This document shows, piece after piece, positions 1 through 8,597 of a stretch of 64,000 bases of DNA. Origin of the DNA: an uncultured bacterium (lineage in GTDB: Bacteria; Omnitrophota; Omnitrophia; Omnitrophales; Aquincolibacteriaceae); assembly GCA_964482725.1 (NCBI GenBank), contig CAYZYT010000007.1, positions 19,875 to 83,874 on the forward strand, read 5' to 3'. The first letter of the stretch is position 1. Each line of letters starts with the position of its first letter. Made by a program: the position numbers and the translations under genes. The notes under the pieces were generated by a model. The model had not been told where the DNA came from and did no database searches. It saw only the letters and a program-made list of their open reading frames with translations.

Positions 1-1931
1 ACAACAGGCTCGATGATGTCATCACGGAAGTCAAAGCAGGCTCCGGGACCGAGGTCGTTCTTTATTCCTCCGGGAGTGGCCCCGGCGCAGATCTTACTGA
101 AACCTACCTTGATTCGACCTCGACCGGTGCGTCCAGTCATTATTATGCCGTGCTGGGTAAGGGCACGGTCGGAAGCGAGAATTATGTGATCGGCAGGAGC
201 GGTAATGGGAGTACGAGAATGCTCGCGGGATCCGGGAGTGTCTATCCTCTTAATATCTGGACGAACGAGGATAACACGTTTGTTCGTTACGTCGCGCCTG
301 TCGTCGGCCCGATCGTCGATGGAGGCACCCAGGGCGTGGATGCAACTTTGAAAGAAATTTTTACGATCCTTCCTAATGTCCCTGTGGAGAAACCCTTGCC
401 GCCTGTGATCATTGAAGATTGGACGGGGGATGGAACTGCGGATCAGGGCGCCACGGATTTCAAAAAACTCATTGGGGATATTCCGACGATTCCGGTGACA
501 GAACCGATCGTGCTCCCGCCCAATCCGGTTGTGGAAACCGAGGTTTCGGATACCGAAACCGATGCGGTCGAGATCCCCGACCTCAATGAGGATGTGGATG
601 ACGGTGATATTTCTTTTACCGAAGAATCCTCCACGGGGCGCGAGCCCGTTCCTGTGAAAACGGACGACGAAACTGCGGGTGCGAAGACCTCTGAGGGTGG
701 AGAGACTAAGAGCGCTACCTCCGAAGAGGAGAGTGCTGTTTCGAAGGATGACGGAAAAGGTCCCCAGTGGCGCGATGTTCCGGTCACGGAAGCTCCCAAT
801 ATTAATGATCCGAAGAAATTCCTGACCGATGTTCGGGTGCTTGAAGGGACCGTGTACGTGCTCGATGGTTCCAACATCATGTCTCTTTTGGGCCGCGGGG
901 AGTCGATGAGAGTTCATTATAAAAAATCGCAGACCCGAGATCTCAGGCCCAAAGCGAAAGATCAAAATCAAAACAGCCGCAAGGAGTTGAAGCTCTTCCT
1001 TAAGGCGGACACGCAAAGTTCGATCGAGACGCTCACGCAGGCGCTCGGAAAGATCGATTCCGGGAAAGGTCATTTCAATGTGCTTCGCGGCCTCGTGGGT
1101 GAAATCCATGAGAGCGACGTGAAGCTCGCCGCGCTCTCCAAAGCGAGCATTCTCGGTCTTCGCGTAACGGCCGATCCGAAAGCCGAGGCGCTGGCAGAGA
1201 CCGAAGGCGTGGTCCTCCGTCTTTACAGCAGCATTCCGGAGGCGGTTGAGGCGCTTGGAAAAGTCATGGAAGGGACCCCGGAGCTTGTGGAGTCGAGGGC
1301 CGAGGCTGGAAACAAAACCCTGCCGGAAGAAACACCCTCGGTGAAAGGCGCGAAGAAAGAATCCACCCCCGCATCGGTGCCGGTGGCGAAGGATTCGGCT
1401 CTGGATGCGGCTGTTTCCGCAGTGACAAAGGCGTTCATGGGATCGGACGCCGCAGAGTCCCTTTCTGAGGAACCCGAGGTTTCGGCGATGTCCGAGGCGG
1501 GCATGAAGCCGGCGACGCCTGTGGTGATGGGGCGCATGGAGAACGGAACGCGCTACGGAACGCTCCGTAAACCCGGCAAGGACGTGTTTGTAAAATGCCG
1601 GGGAGGGACCTGGATGCCGGCGAAGGACGGCATGGTGATCTTGCCGGGGGATGAAGTGAAAACTGCCGCCGTCGGGTCGGTCGAAGTGGTCTTGGATGGC
1701 GGAAGGGTCGGTCGTGTTGAGATCAAAGAAGGCAGCCGTTTTAGAATTGAAAAAGCTGAGACCGATCCTGTGACGGGCGATATGACCACATTGCTGGATC
1801 TTGCGATCGGGAAGATCCTCGTGAAGGTGGAATCTCTCAAAGGTAATTCCAGGTTCGAAGTCAAAAGTCCGACGGCCCTTACCGGGGTTCGTGGCACTAT
1901 CTTTGAGGTGACGGTGAAAGAGAAAGCATAA
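1..1931 (+). CDS. 5'-truncated large, probably exported protein with acidic/Pro-rich linkers, an embedded IF2 domain-III-like segment and a C-terminal FecR domain
   Basis: Frame is open from position 3 to TAA at 1929-1931. The C-terminus (PGDEVKTAAVGSVEVVLDGG...LLDLAIGKILVKV...FEVKSPTALTGVRGTIFEV) is a typical FecR-domain pattern. Confidence 0.75.
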   Translation, partial: NRLDDVITEVKAGSGTEVVLYSSGSGPGADLTETYLDSTSTGASSHYYAVLGKGTVGSENYVIGRSGNGSTRMLAGSGSVYPLNIWTNEDNTFVRYVAPVVGPIVDGGTQGVDATLKEIFTILPNVPVEKPLPPVIIEDWTGDGTADQGATDFKKLIGDIPTIPVTEPIVLPPNPVVETEVSDTETDAVEIPDLNEDVDDGDISFTEESSTGREPVPVKTDDETAGAKTSEGGETKSATSEEESAVSKDDGKGPQWRDVPVTEAPNINDPKKFLTDVRVLEGTVYVLDGSNIMSLLGRGESMRVHYKKSQTRDLRPKAKDQNQNSRKELKLFLKADTQSSIETLTQALGKIDSGKGHFNVLRGLVGEIHESDVKLAALSKASILGLRVTADPKAEALAETEGVVLRLYSSIPEAVEALGKVMEGTPELVESRAEAGNKTLPEETPSVKGAKKESTPASVPVAKDSALDAAVSAVTKAFMGSDAAESLSEEPEVSAMSEAGMKPATPVVMGRMENGTRYGTLRKPGKDVFVKCRGGTWMPAKDGMVILPGDEVKTAAVGSVEVVLDGGRVGRVEIKEGSRFRIEKAETDPVTGDMTTLLDLAIGKILVKVESLKGNSRFEVKSPTALTGVRGTIFEVTVKEKA

Positions 1932-1936
1932 AATCG

Positions 1937-2021
1937 GACTACAGACTACAGACCACAGACTGGAGACTACCGCACAAAGCCCTCGATTTAAGTTTCAGTC
2001 TCGGGTCTCTCGTCTCTCGTC
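1937..2021. repeat. 7-nt-period palindromic element (AGAC-type arms)
   Basis: Left arm gactacagactacagaccacagactggagact, right arm agtttcagtctcgggtctctcgtctctcgtc; intergenic. Confidence 0.75.
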
Positions 2022-2093
2022 AAGAAAACACCCCCGAGAACCGATAATGGTTGATGTAGGGCTTCTATCATTCTTCATACATGGAAAAGGATT

Positions 2094-3569
2094 ATGAAAA
2101 AACACCCGCAGCTTTTTGAAGTGAATGCCTTCTTCTTTATCTCCCGAATGTCCAAGAAATATGGGCGTCCTCTGACGCTCATGACCGTCCCGGCTTCGGA
2201 GTGGAAATCCTTCGCGGAACAGGGGTTCGATTATCTCTGGCTTATGGGGGTTTGGGCCCATAGTCCCGGGTCGGCCGAGCATGCCGCCAAGGAGCCCGGT
2301 CTTTGTCGTGCCTATGATCTGATCCTTCCGGGCTGGAAGCGCGAAGATGTGACGGGTTCTCCTTATGCCATTTTTGGTTATGAACTCGATCCTTATCTTG
2401 GCCGGCCGGAGGAATTGGCTCAGCTCAAAATGAGACTGAACGGCATGGGGCTTGGCCTCGTGCTGGATTTTGTGCCCAATCATCTTGCCTTCGATCATCC
2501 CTGGACCCTGGAGCGTCCCGAACTTTTCGTGTCCTGCCGCCCGGAGACCTTACACGCCCATCCGGAATGGTCTTTCATTACTGCTGACGGTAAAAAGATT
2601 GCGCACGGCCGGGATCCTTATTTTGCGCCGTGGATCGATACCGCGCAGATCAATTTCTGGTCTCCCCAAGCGCGCGAAGCCTGGCTCACCGAACTTCTCA
2701 AACTCGCAAAGGTCGCTGACGGAGTGCGTTGCGATATGGCCATGCTCGCGTTAAACGATGTTTTTCAAAGTGTGTGGGGCGACCATATTTCGGACACAAG
2801 GCCCTACACGGAATTCTGGGAGGAAGTGATCCCGGAAGTGAAAAAGATCGCGCCGAATTTTATTTTTATCGCGGAAGTCTACTGGGACATGGATTGGCCG
2901 CTCCAGCAACTGGGTTTTGATTTTACTTACGACAAGCGTCTTTACGACCGGATGTTCTTTGATTCCGCGACCTCGGTGGCCGATCACTTGAACGCGGAAC
3001 CGGTTTATCGCGATAAATGTCTTCGTTTTATCGAGAACCATGACGAAGAGCGGGCGACGGTGACCTTTGGAAAACAGAAATCCAGAGCCGCGGGGATCAT
3101 TGCGGCCACGGCTCCCGGACTCCGGTTTTTTTATGACGGACAATTGGAAGGACGAAGGATACGCACTCCCATTCATCTGCGGCGAGAGCCCCAGGAGCCC
3201 GTGGATCCCGTGGCGGTCGCGATCTACCGGCGACTTTTGCGTTTTATCAAAGGCCCCACGACTCACGAAGGGGAATGGACGCTCTTGCAGACCCAACCGG
3301 CCTGGAGGCAAAATGAGAGCTACAATGCGGTTCTCGCGTACCTTTGGGGCTATGGGATGGAGTGGAAACTCGTCGTGGTCAATTATTCCATGATCCGCGC
3401 GCAGGCGTCCATCCGGTTACCGGAATTTCTGAGCCGGCAATGTTTCATCCAGTTCCGGGACGTGCTGACCGACAAGGTCTACGACCGGACCGGAGAAGAA
3501 CTTCTCCAAAGAGGATTTTATGTGGACCTCCCGCCCTGGCAGGCCCACCTATTCGAGTTCAAGGTCTAG
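2094..3569 (+). CDS. GH13 alpha-amylase-family glycoside hydrolase
   Basis: Conserved GH13 regions LDFVPNH, GVRCDMAML (nucleophile), FIAEVYW (acid/base) and FIENHDE; lies next to glgP. Confidence 0.9.
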   Translation: MKKHPQLFEVNAFFFISRMSKKYGRPLTLMTVPASEWKSFAEQGFDYLWLMGVWAHSPGSAEHAAKEPGLCRAYDLILPGWKREDVTGSPYAIFGYELDPYLGRPEELAQLKMRLNGMGLGLVLDFVPNHLAFDHPWTLERPELFVSCRPETLHAHPEWSFITADGKKIAHGRDPYFAPWIDTAQINFWSPQAREAWLTELLKLAKVADGVRCDMAMLALNDVFQSVWGDHISDTRPYTEFWEEVIPEVKKIAPNFIFIAEVYWDMDWPLQQLGFDFTYDKRLYDRMFFDSATSVADHLNAEPVYRDKCLRFIENHDEERATVTFGKQKSRAAGIIAATAPGLRFFYDGQLEGRRIRTPIHLRREPQEPVDPVAVAIYRRLLRFIKGPTTHEGEWTLLQTQPAWRQNESYNAVLAYLWGYGMEWKLVVVNYSMIRAQASIRLPEFLSRQCFIQFRDVLTDKVYDRTGEELLQRGFYVDLPPWQAHLFEFKV

Positions 3570-3612
3570 CCCTTCCCCCAATCGCATTTCACACCCGCCA
3601 GAAATTTTAAGA

Positions 3613-3966
3613 GCAATTCCAATGCGGTGAGGCACGCTCGCGAGACGGAGCGGGCATGGTGGCTGACAGGAGTCGCCTCTCGACAACGGCTGTTCATCCG
3701 CTCCTGTCCCAATACCTATCAATTTTAACGAAGGTGAAATTGGGGCTGCCCTGATTACCTGTTGATTTATATTTGAGAATCAGGGCTGCAGCGGATGCCA
3801 GCCTGCGCTCTCGCTGATGGGACCTGCTCTTTTGAGCAGGACCAAGCTCCCATCAGCTCCGAGAGCTGTCTCGATGCGACTCCTGTCTGCCGAGTGAAGT
3901 CGAACGCGCGAGCGAAGATCGCCTCGCTGGGGCGATCTGAGCGATGACGAAACGCATTGGAATTGC
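3613..3966. mobile_element. ~350-bp non-coding palindromic element (MITE-like or structured RNA), copy 1
   Basis: 14-bp terminal inverted repeat gcaattccaatgcg...cgcattggaattgc, internal stems, and a homologous copy at 20326-20666. Confidence 0.75.
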
Positions 3967-4080
3967 CCATTGGCTGACCAGAGATGTATCCGCCACTAAA
4001 ACCGCGCTTGGAGTGTGGCGGGTTGTTTGCTAGACTGTCCCGTCTGCAATATTAACTTATCAATTTTCCCGGGAGATAAA

Positions 4081-6579
4081 ATGGCTACTGCGAAAAAGAA
4101 GGATGAGCGAAAAGAGAATCCGGAACTTTGGCACCTGGAAACTAAGGACATGACCAAAGACGGATTGAAGGAATCTTTCAGCGCCAGTCTCCACTACGGC
4201 CTTGCCAAGGACCGGTTTACCGCCACCTCTCACGATAATTTTATGGCGCTCGGGATGTCCCTGCGGGACCGGCTGGTGGAACGATGGATCCAAACCCAGC
4301 AGCGCTATCACGTGAAGAACCTCAAACGCGTCTATTATCTTTCTCTGGAATTCCTGATCGGCCGTCTTTTGGGAAATTATATTTTGAATCTCGGACTGTG
4401 GGACCAAAGCCAAAAAGCTCTCGAGGAATTCGGGCTCGATCTTGAAAAAGTCCGTGAGGAGGAGGTCGACGCGGGGCTCGGGAACGGTGGCTTGGGACGC
4501 CTGGCCGCGTGTTTTCTGGATTCGATGGCGACGCTCGGGATCCCCGCGCATGGGTACGGGATCCGCTATGACTACGGGATCTTCAATCAAAGGATCATCA
4601 ACGGCTATCAGGTGGAATCGCCGGATGAATGGCTCAAGCACGGGAATCCCTGGGAATTTGCCCGCCCGGAATACTCTCAGAAGATCAAGTTCTACGGCGC
4701 GACGAACATGTACCATGACAAAAAAGGCCGGCTTTGCGTTGAGTGGGTGAATGCGCAGAATGTTCTCGCGATGCCCTACGACACTCCGGTCCCGGGGTAC
4801 AAGAATAATGTCGTCAATACCCTTCGCCTCTGGTCCGCAAAAAGTTCCGAAGAGTTCGATCTCCAGTATTTTAATGACGGGGATTACGAGCGCGCGGTTT
4901 ACGACAAGATGTTTACGGAAAATATTTCCAAGGTTCTTTACCCCAATGACGCGACCTCGATGGGCAGGGAACTGCGTCTGAAACAGGAATATTTCTTTAC
5001 CGCAGCGTCGATCGCGGACATCATCCGCCGTTTCAAAGAAGATAATACCCTTTTTAAGGATTTCCCCGAGAAAGCGGCGATCCAGTTGAATGACACACAT
5101 CCGGCGCTTGCGATCGTGGAGTTCATGCGCATTCTTTTGGATGAAGAACAAATGGATTGGGATCTGGCTTGGGACCTCACGGTCCGGACTTTCGCCTACA
5201 CCAATCATACCGTGATGCCCGAGGCGCTTGAGTGTTGGCCTGTCGCGGTATTCGAAAAGCTTCTGCCCCGTCACATGCAGATCGTCTATGAGATCAACGA
5301 CCGGTTTCTGAAGGAGCTTTCTGCGGAATATCCGGGCGACTCGGACCGGCTGCGGCGGATGTCCCTGATCGACGAAGGCGGCGGGAAAAAGATCCGCATG
5401 GCGTACCTCGCGATCATCGGCTCTCATTCCGTGAACGGGGTTTCCGAACTGCACAGCACGCTTCTCAAAGAGCAGCTCTTCAAGGATTTTTATGAGCTGT
5501 CGCCGGAAAAGTTCAACAACAAGACCAACGGGATCACGCACCGCCGGTGGCTGATGAAGGCCAATCGGCCGCTTTCCGCGCTTATCACAGGAACGATCGG
5601 GGAAGGCTGGGAGAAGAACCTCTACGAACTGGAAAAGTTGGTGCCGCACAAGGGCGATCATCTTCTCAGGAAAAAATGGCAGCAGGTGAAGCGCGACAAC
5701 AAAAAGCTGCTCGCGGATCTGATCTTCAGGGAAACGGGTGTCCGGGTCAATGTCGATTCCATGTTCGACGTCCAGGTCAAGCGTATTCACGAATACAAAC
5801 GCCAGACCCTTTTCATCCTCTATGCGATCTCCCAATACCTGAAGCTCCGGGAGAATCCGGGCGCCTCCATCACCCCGAGGACGTTCATTTTTTCCGGGAA
5901 AGCGGCCCCGAGCTATTTTCTCGCGAAACTCATCATCAAATTCATCAATAACGTGGCGAATGTGATCAATCACGACAAGGTGAGCAAGGAGAAGCTTACG
6001 GTCGTCTTCCTTGAAAATTACCGCGTTTCCCTGGCCGAGAAGATCTTTCCGGCGAGCGATCTTTCCGAACAGATCTCGACGGCGGGGACGGAAGCCTCCG
6101 GGACGGGTTGCATGAAATTCATGATGAACGGGGCTTTGACCGTGGGGACCTATGACGGGGCCAATATCGAGATCGCCGAAGAGGTGGGGGAAGAAAATAT
6201 TTATATGTTCGGCCTCAAGGCGCAGGAAGCGCTGAAGCTGAAATGTGAGGGCTATGACCCTCAGCGTTTCATCCGGGAGTCCGCCGGCTTGCGCCAGATC
6301 TTTCAGATGATGCGGAGTAATTTCTTCTCACCGATGGAGCCGGGCATCTTTGACCCGCTCGTTCACAATCTGAGCGTGGACGATCCGTTCATGGTTTGTG
6401 CGGATTTTGAATCCTATTGCGCCATTCAGGACAGGATCTCGGAAGATTATCAGGATCAGGATCAGTGGACCGAGAAGGCTATCCTCAATATGGCGAAATC
6501 GGGGAAGTTCTCCAGCGACCGCACGATCGCCGAATATGCCAGGGATATTTGGAATGTCCCAACGAACCAGTCTAAGTGA
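4081..6579 (+). CDS. glgP: Glycogen/starch/alpha-glucan phosphorylase
   Basis: Motifs GLGNGGLGRLAACF, IQLNDTHP, VKRIHEYKRQ and the PLP-lysine motif EASGTGCMKFMMNG; GGGAGA RBS before ATG 4081. Confidence 0.97.
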   Translation: MATAKKKDERKENPELWHLETKDMTKDGLKESFSASLHYGLAKDRFTATSHDNFMALGMSLRDRLVERWIQTQQRYHVKNLKRVYYLSLEFLIGRLLGNYILNLGLWDQSQKALEEFGLDLEKVREEEVDAGLGNGGLGRLAACFLDSMATLGIPAHGYGIRYDYGIFNQRIINGYQVESPDEWLKHGNPWEFARPEYSQKIKFYGATNMYHDKKGRLCVEWVNAQNVLAMPYDTPVPGYKNNVVNTLRLWSAKSSEEFDLQYFNDGDYERAVYDKMFTENISKVLYPNDATSMGRELRLKQEYFFTAASIADIIRRFKEDNTLFKDFPEKAAIQLNDTHPALAIVEFMRILLDEEQMDWDLAWDLTVRTFAYTNHTVMPEALECWPVAVFEKLLPRHMQIVYEINDRFLKELSAEYPGDSDRLRRMSLIDEGGGKKIRMAYLAIIGSHSVNGVSELHSTLLKEQLFKDFYELSPEKFNNKTNGITHRRWLMKANRPLSALITGTIGEGWEKNLYELEKLVPHKGDHLLRKKWQQVKRDNKKLLADLIFRETGVRVNVDSMFDVQVKRIHEYKRQTLFILYAISQYLKLRENPGASITPRTFIFSGKAAPSYFLAKLIIKFINNVANVINHDKVSKEKLTVVFLENYRVSLAEKIFPASDLSEQISTAGTEASGTGCMKFMMNGALTVGTYDGANIEIAEEVGEENIYMFGLKAQEALKLKCEGYDPQRFIRESAGLRQIFQMMRSNFFSPMEPGIFDPLVHNLSVDDPFMVCADFESYCAIQDRISEDYQDQDQWTEKAILNMAKSGKFSSDRTIAEYARDIWNVPTNQSK

Positions 6580-6587
6580 AATTCTAA

Positions 6588-6738
6588 CAGGCTGCTAAAA
6601 ACAGTACTCGCGTCATTCTGAGCCCCGGAGTTTCCGACCCATTCGGGTCGTAGACCCGGTGGGAGGGCGAAGAATCCCGATGAGAGATCCTTCACGATGC
6701 TGCGCATCGCTCAGGATGACGAAGTTTTTAGCAGTTTC
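6588..6738 (+). repeat. REP/MITE-like palindromic element, copy 1 (gtcattctgagc...agatccttc...gctcaggatgac core)
   Basis: Ends ctgctaaaaa...tttttagcag; a near-identical inverted copy lies at 8352-8498. Confidence 0.8.
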
Positions 6739-6744
6739 CTAAAC

Positions 6745-6845
6745 AAACTCGAGACATAAAATTTTAAAATCCGAAACGCGGGTTTAGTCTTTGAGTTTTG
6801 AACATTTGAATTTGTTTAGGGTTTAGTGTTTCGTGTTTAGGATTT
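6745..6845. repeat. AT-rich 7-nt-period imperfect palindrome
   Basis: aaactcgagacataaaattttaaaatccgaaac ... gtttagggtttagtgtttcgtgtttaggattt, between convergent glgP and MFS genes. Confidence 0.55.
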
Positions 6846-6939
6846 GACGCAATAACGGCCCCGCCACCTGTGAAGTGGCGGAGCTTAGTACATAGCCATC
6901 TGGTTTCTAAGTACTATGTGCCATGCACCATGTACTGCT

Positions 6940-8268
6940 TTACGACTTATTCCTTCCCCCCAGTTGCCGGATCCCCGTGACGCTGAAGAAAAGTTCCAGG
7001 CTCGATATTTGTTGCGCCACAAGCCGTACTTCCCGGAATTTTTCGGAAAGAATGAAGTGCGACAGGAATCGCAGTACTCCCGAGATCAAAAAGACGGTCA
7101 GGATCGCGGATCCCCGGAACGGTAACACGCGTTCGACAAGAAATCCTCCCGTCGCGGCACCCAGAAAGATCGCAATGCCCGTGATGACGGCGAAGTAGCT
7201 CAGGCAGCGGATCCTCTTACCGGAGCTAACGGCTTCGTAGATGAAATTCAGTGCGCAGAGATTGAAACCTCCCCACACGAATCCGGAAAAGATCTCCACG
7301 CAGATCAGATAGGCGGGGAGGGGCGAGACCATCCAGAGCAGCGGGATCGCTGGGATGAGCAGGCTTGTGAGTTTGAGGATCTTCGCGTTTCCGACCGAAT
7401 CCGCATGCCTTCCCCATATCGGAAAGGAGAGAAGGCCTGCGGCGACAGACGTGAAGCGGATGGCCATAAAGAGAAGATAATTAAAGTGAAGGTCGCTGAG
7501 CATGTAGACGCTGAAGAAGGGCGCGGCAAGGTTCGTCGCGAACATAATGCTTGCGACATAGAATACGAATTTCACGAAATTACTTTGCCGGAATCTCCGG
7601 AGGAACATGAAGAACGTGAAGTGGCTTTCCGGTGTTTTAACGACCGGAAGATCCTGCATCCGCGCCATGAGTCCCGCGGAAAGGAACCGGGCCAAGGTGG
7701 CGACCGCGACGAGGATCACAAAACCGGCTGCTTGAAGATGCCCCTGATAGCTGAAAAGAAGCGCGCCGCCCCAAATTGTGCCGAGCATGCCGGCGATACC
7801 GACGAGCCTTGAGCGCCATCCGAAATAGCGGCCCCGTTCCTCGGCCGGAAGATAATCGCTCGTCAGGCTGCCCCAGACCGTGCTGATGACGCTTCCGAAG
7901 GTCCGGAAAAAGGTCACACATACGATAAGGACCCCGATCCTCCAGGAGCCGGTTAGGCACGGAAGAAAAGCGATCGGAAGCAGGCAAAAGGCTTGCCCGG
8001 CCGCGCTGCTCACGAGAGAGCGGAGCCGGCTGCCTTTCATCAGGTCCACCCACTTCGAGGTCCAAAGCTGGAGGACGGAGCTGACGAGGGTTGGGACGGC
8101 CACGAGGAACGCGATCTCGGCCGGGGTGGCGCCGAGAAAAAGAGCCAGAGGAATGGAATAATCATCGGCGAGGGACTGCATGACGCTCGCGGGGAGGCCT
8201 TCCTTCCAGGAGATCTGAAGGCTCTTCAGGTAAGGATTTTCTCTGAGTTGTGCGAAGATTTTTTCCAT
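6940..8268 (-). CDS. MFS transporter
   Basis: About 12 hydrophobic helices, with motifs SDYLPAEERGRYFG and WGRHADSVGNAKIL. Start placed at MEKIF (RBS GAGGGG); the longer ORF start at 8373 lies inside a repeat. Confidence 0.88.
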   Translation of the reverse strand: MEKIFAQLRENPYLKSLQISWKEGLPASVMQSLADDYSIPLALFLGATPAEIAFLVAVPTLVSSVLQLWTSKWVDLMKGSRLRSLVSSAAGQAFCLLPIAFLPCLTGSWRIGVLIVCVTFFRTFGSVISTVWGSLTSDYLPAEERGRYFGWRSRLVGIAGMLGTIWGGALLFSYQGHLQAAGFVILVAVATLARFLSAGLMARMQDLPVVKTPESHFTFFMFLRRFRQSNFVKFVFYVASIMFATNLAAPFFSVYMLSDLHFNYLLFMAIRFTSVAAGLLSFPIWGRHADSVGNAKILKLTSLLIPAIPLLWMVSPLPAYLICVEIFSGFVWGGFNLCALNFIYEAVSSGKRIRCLSYFAVITGIAIFLGAATGGFLVERVLPFRGSAILTVFLISGVLRFLSHFILSEKFREVRLVAQQISSLELFFSVTGIRQLGGRNKS

Positions 8269-8351
8269 GACGGTGGCCCCCTCTGTTATCGGCAAGAACA
8301 AAGCCTTTAATGAGCTTGCGAGCGCATCTCTTCGCATGGGGATTCCACGCA

Positions 8352-8498
8352 AACTGTTGAAAAACTTCGTCATCCTGAGCGATGCGCAGCATCGTGAAGG
8401 ATCTCTCGTCGGGATCCTTCACCCTCCCACCGGGTCTACGACCCGAATGGATCGGGAACTCCGGAGTTCAAAATGACGCGAAGGGTGGTTTTTAACGG
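8352..8498 (-). repeat. REP/MITE-like palindromic element, copy 2 (inverted relative to copy 1)
   Basis: Reverse complement matches 6588-6738 over ~145 nt (e.g. ccattcgggtcgtagacccggtgggaggg, agatccttcacgatgctgcgcatcgctcaggatgacgaagttttt). Confidence 0.85.
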
Positions 8499-8597
8499 TA
8501 TGTCTGATGCAAGGGCGCTATCGTTTTTGTGGGGCGTGGTGTATACTTTCCGTAGTCATTGCTTCTTCCTCGAAGTTTGTCAGCCAGTGGGGTGAAA

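Noticed and set aside
4060-5973. 637-aa minus-strand ORF, and similar ones opposite hcp, sufB, NlpC/P60 and the giant gene
   Set aside because: These are shadow ORFs fully overlapping well-supported plus-strand genes.
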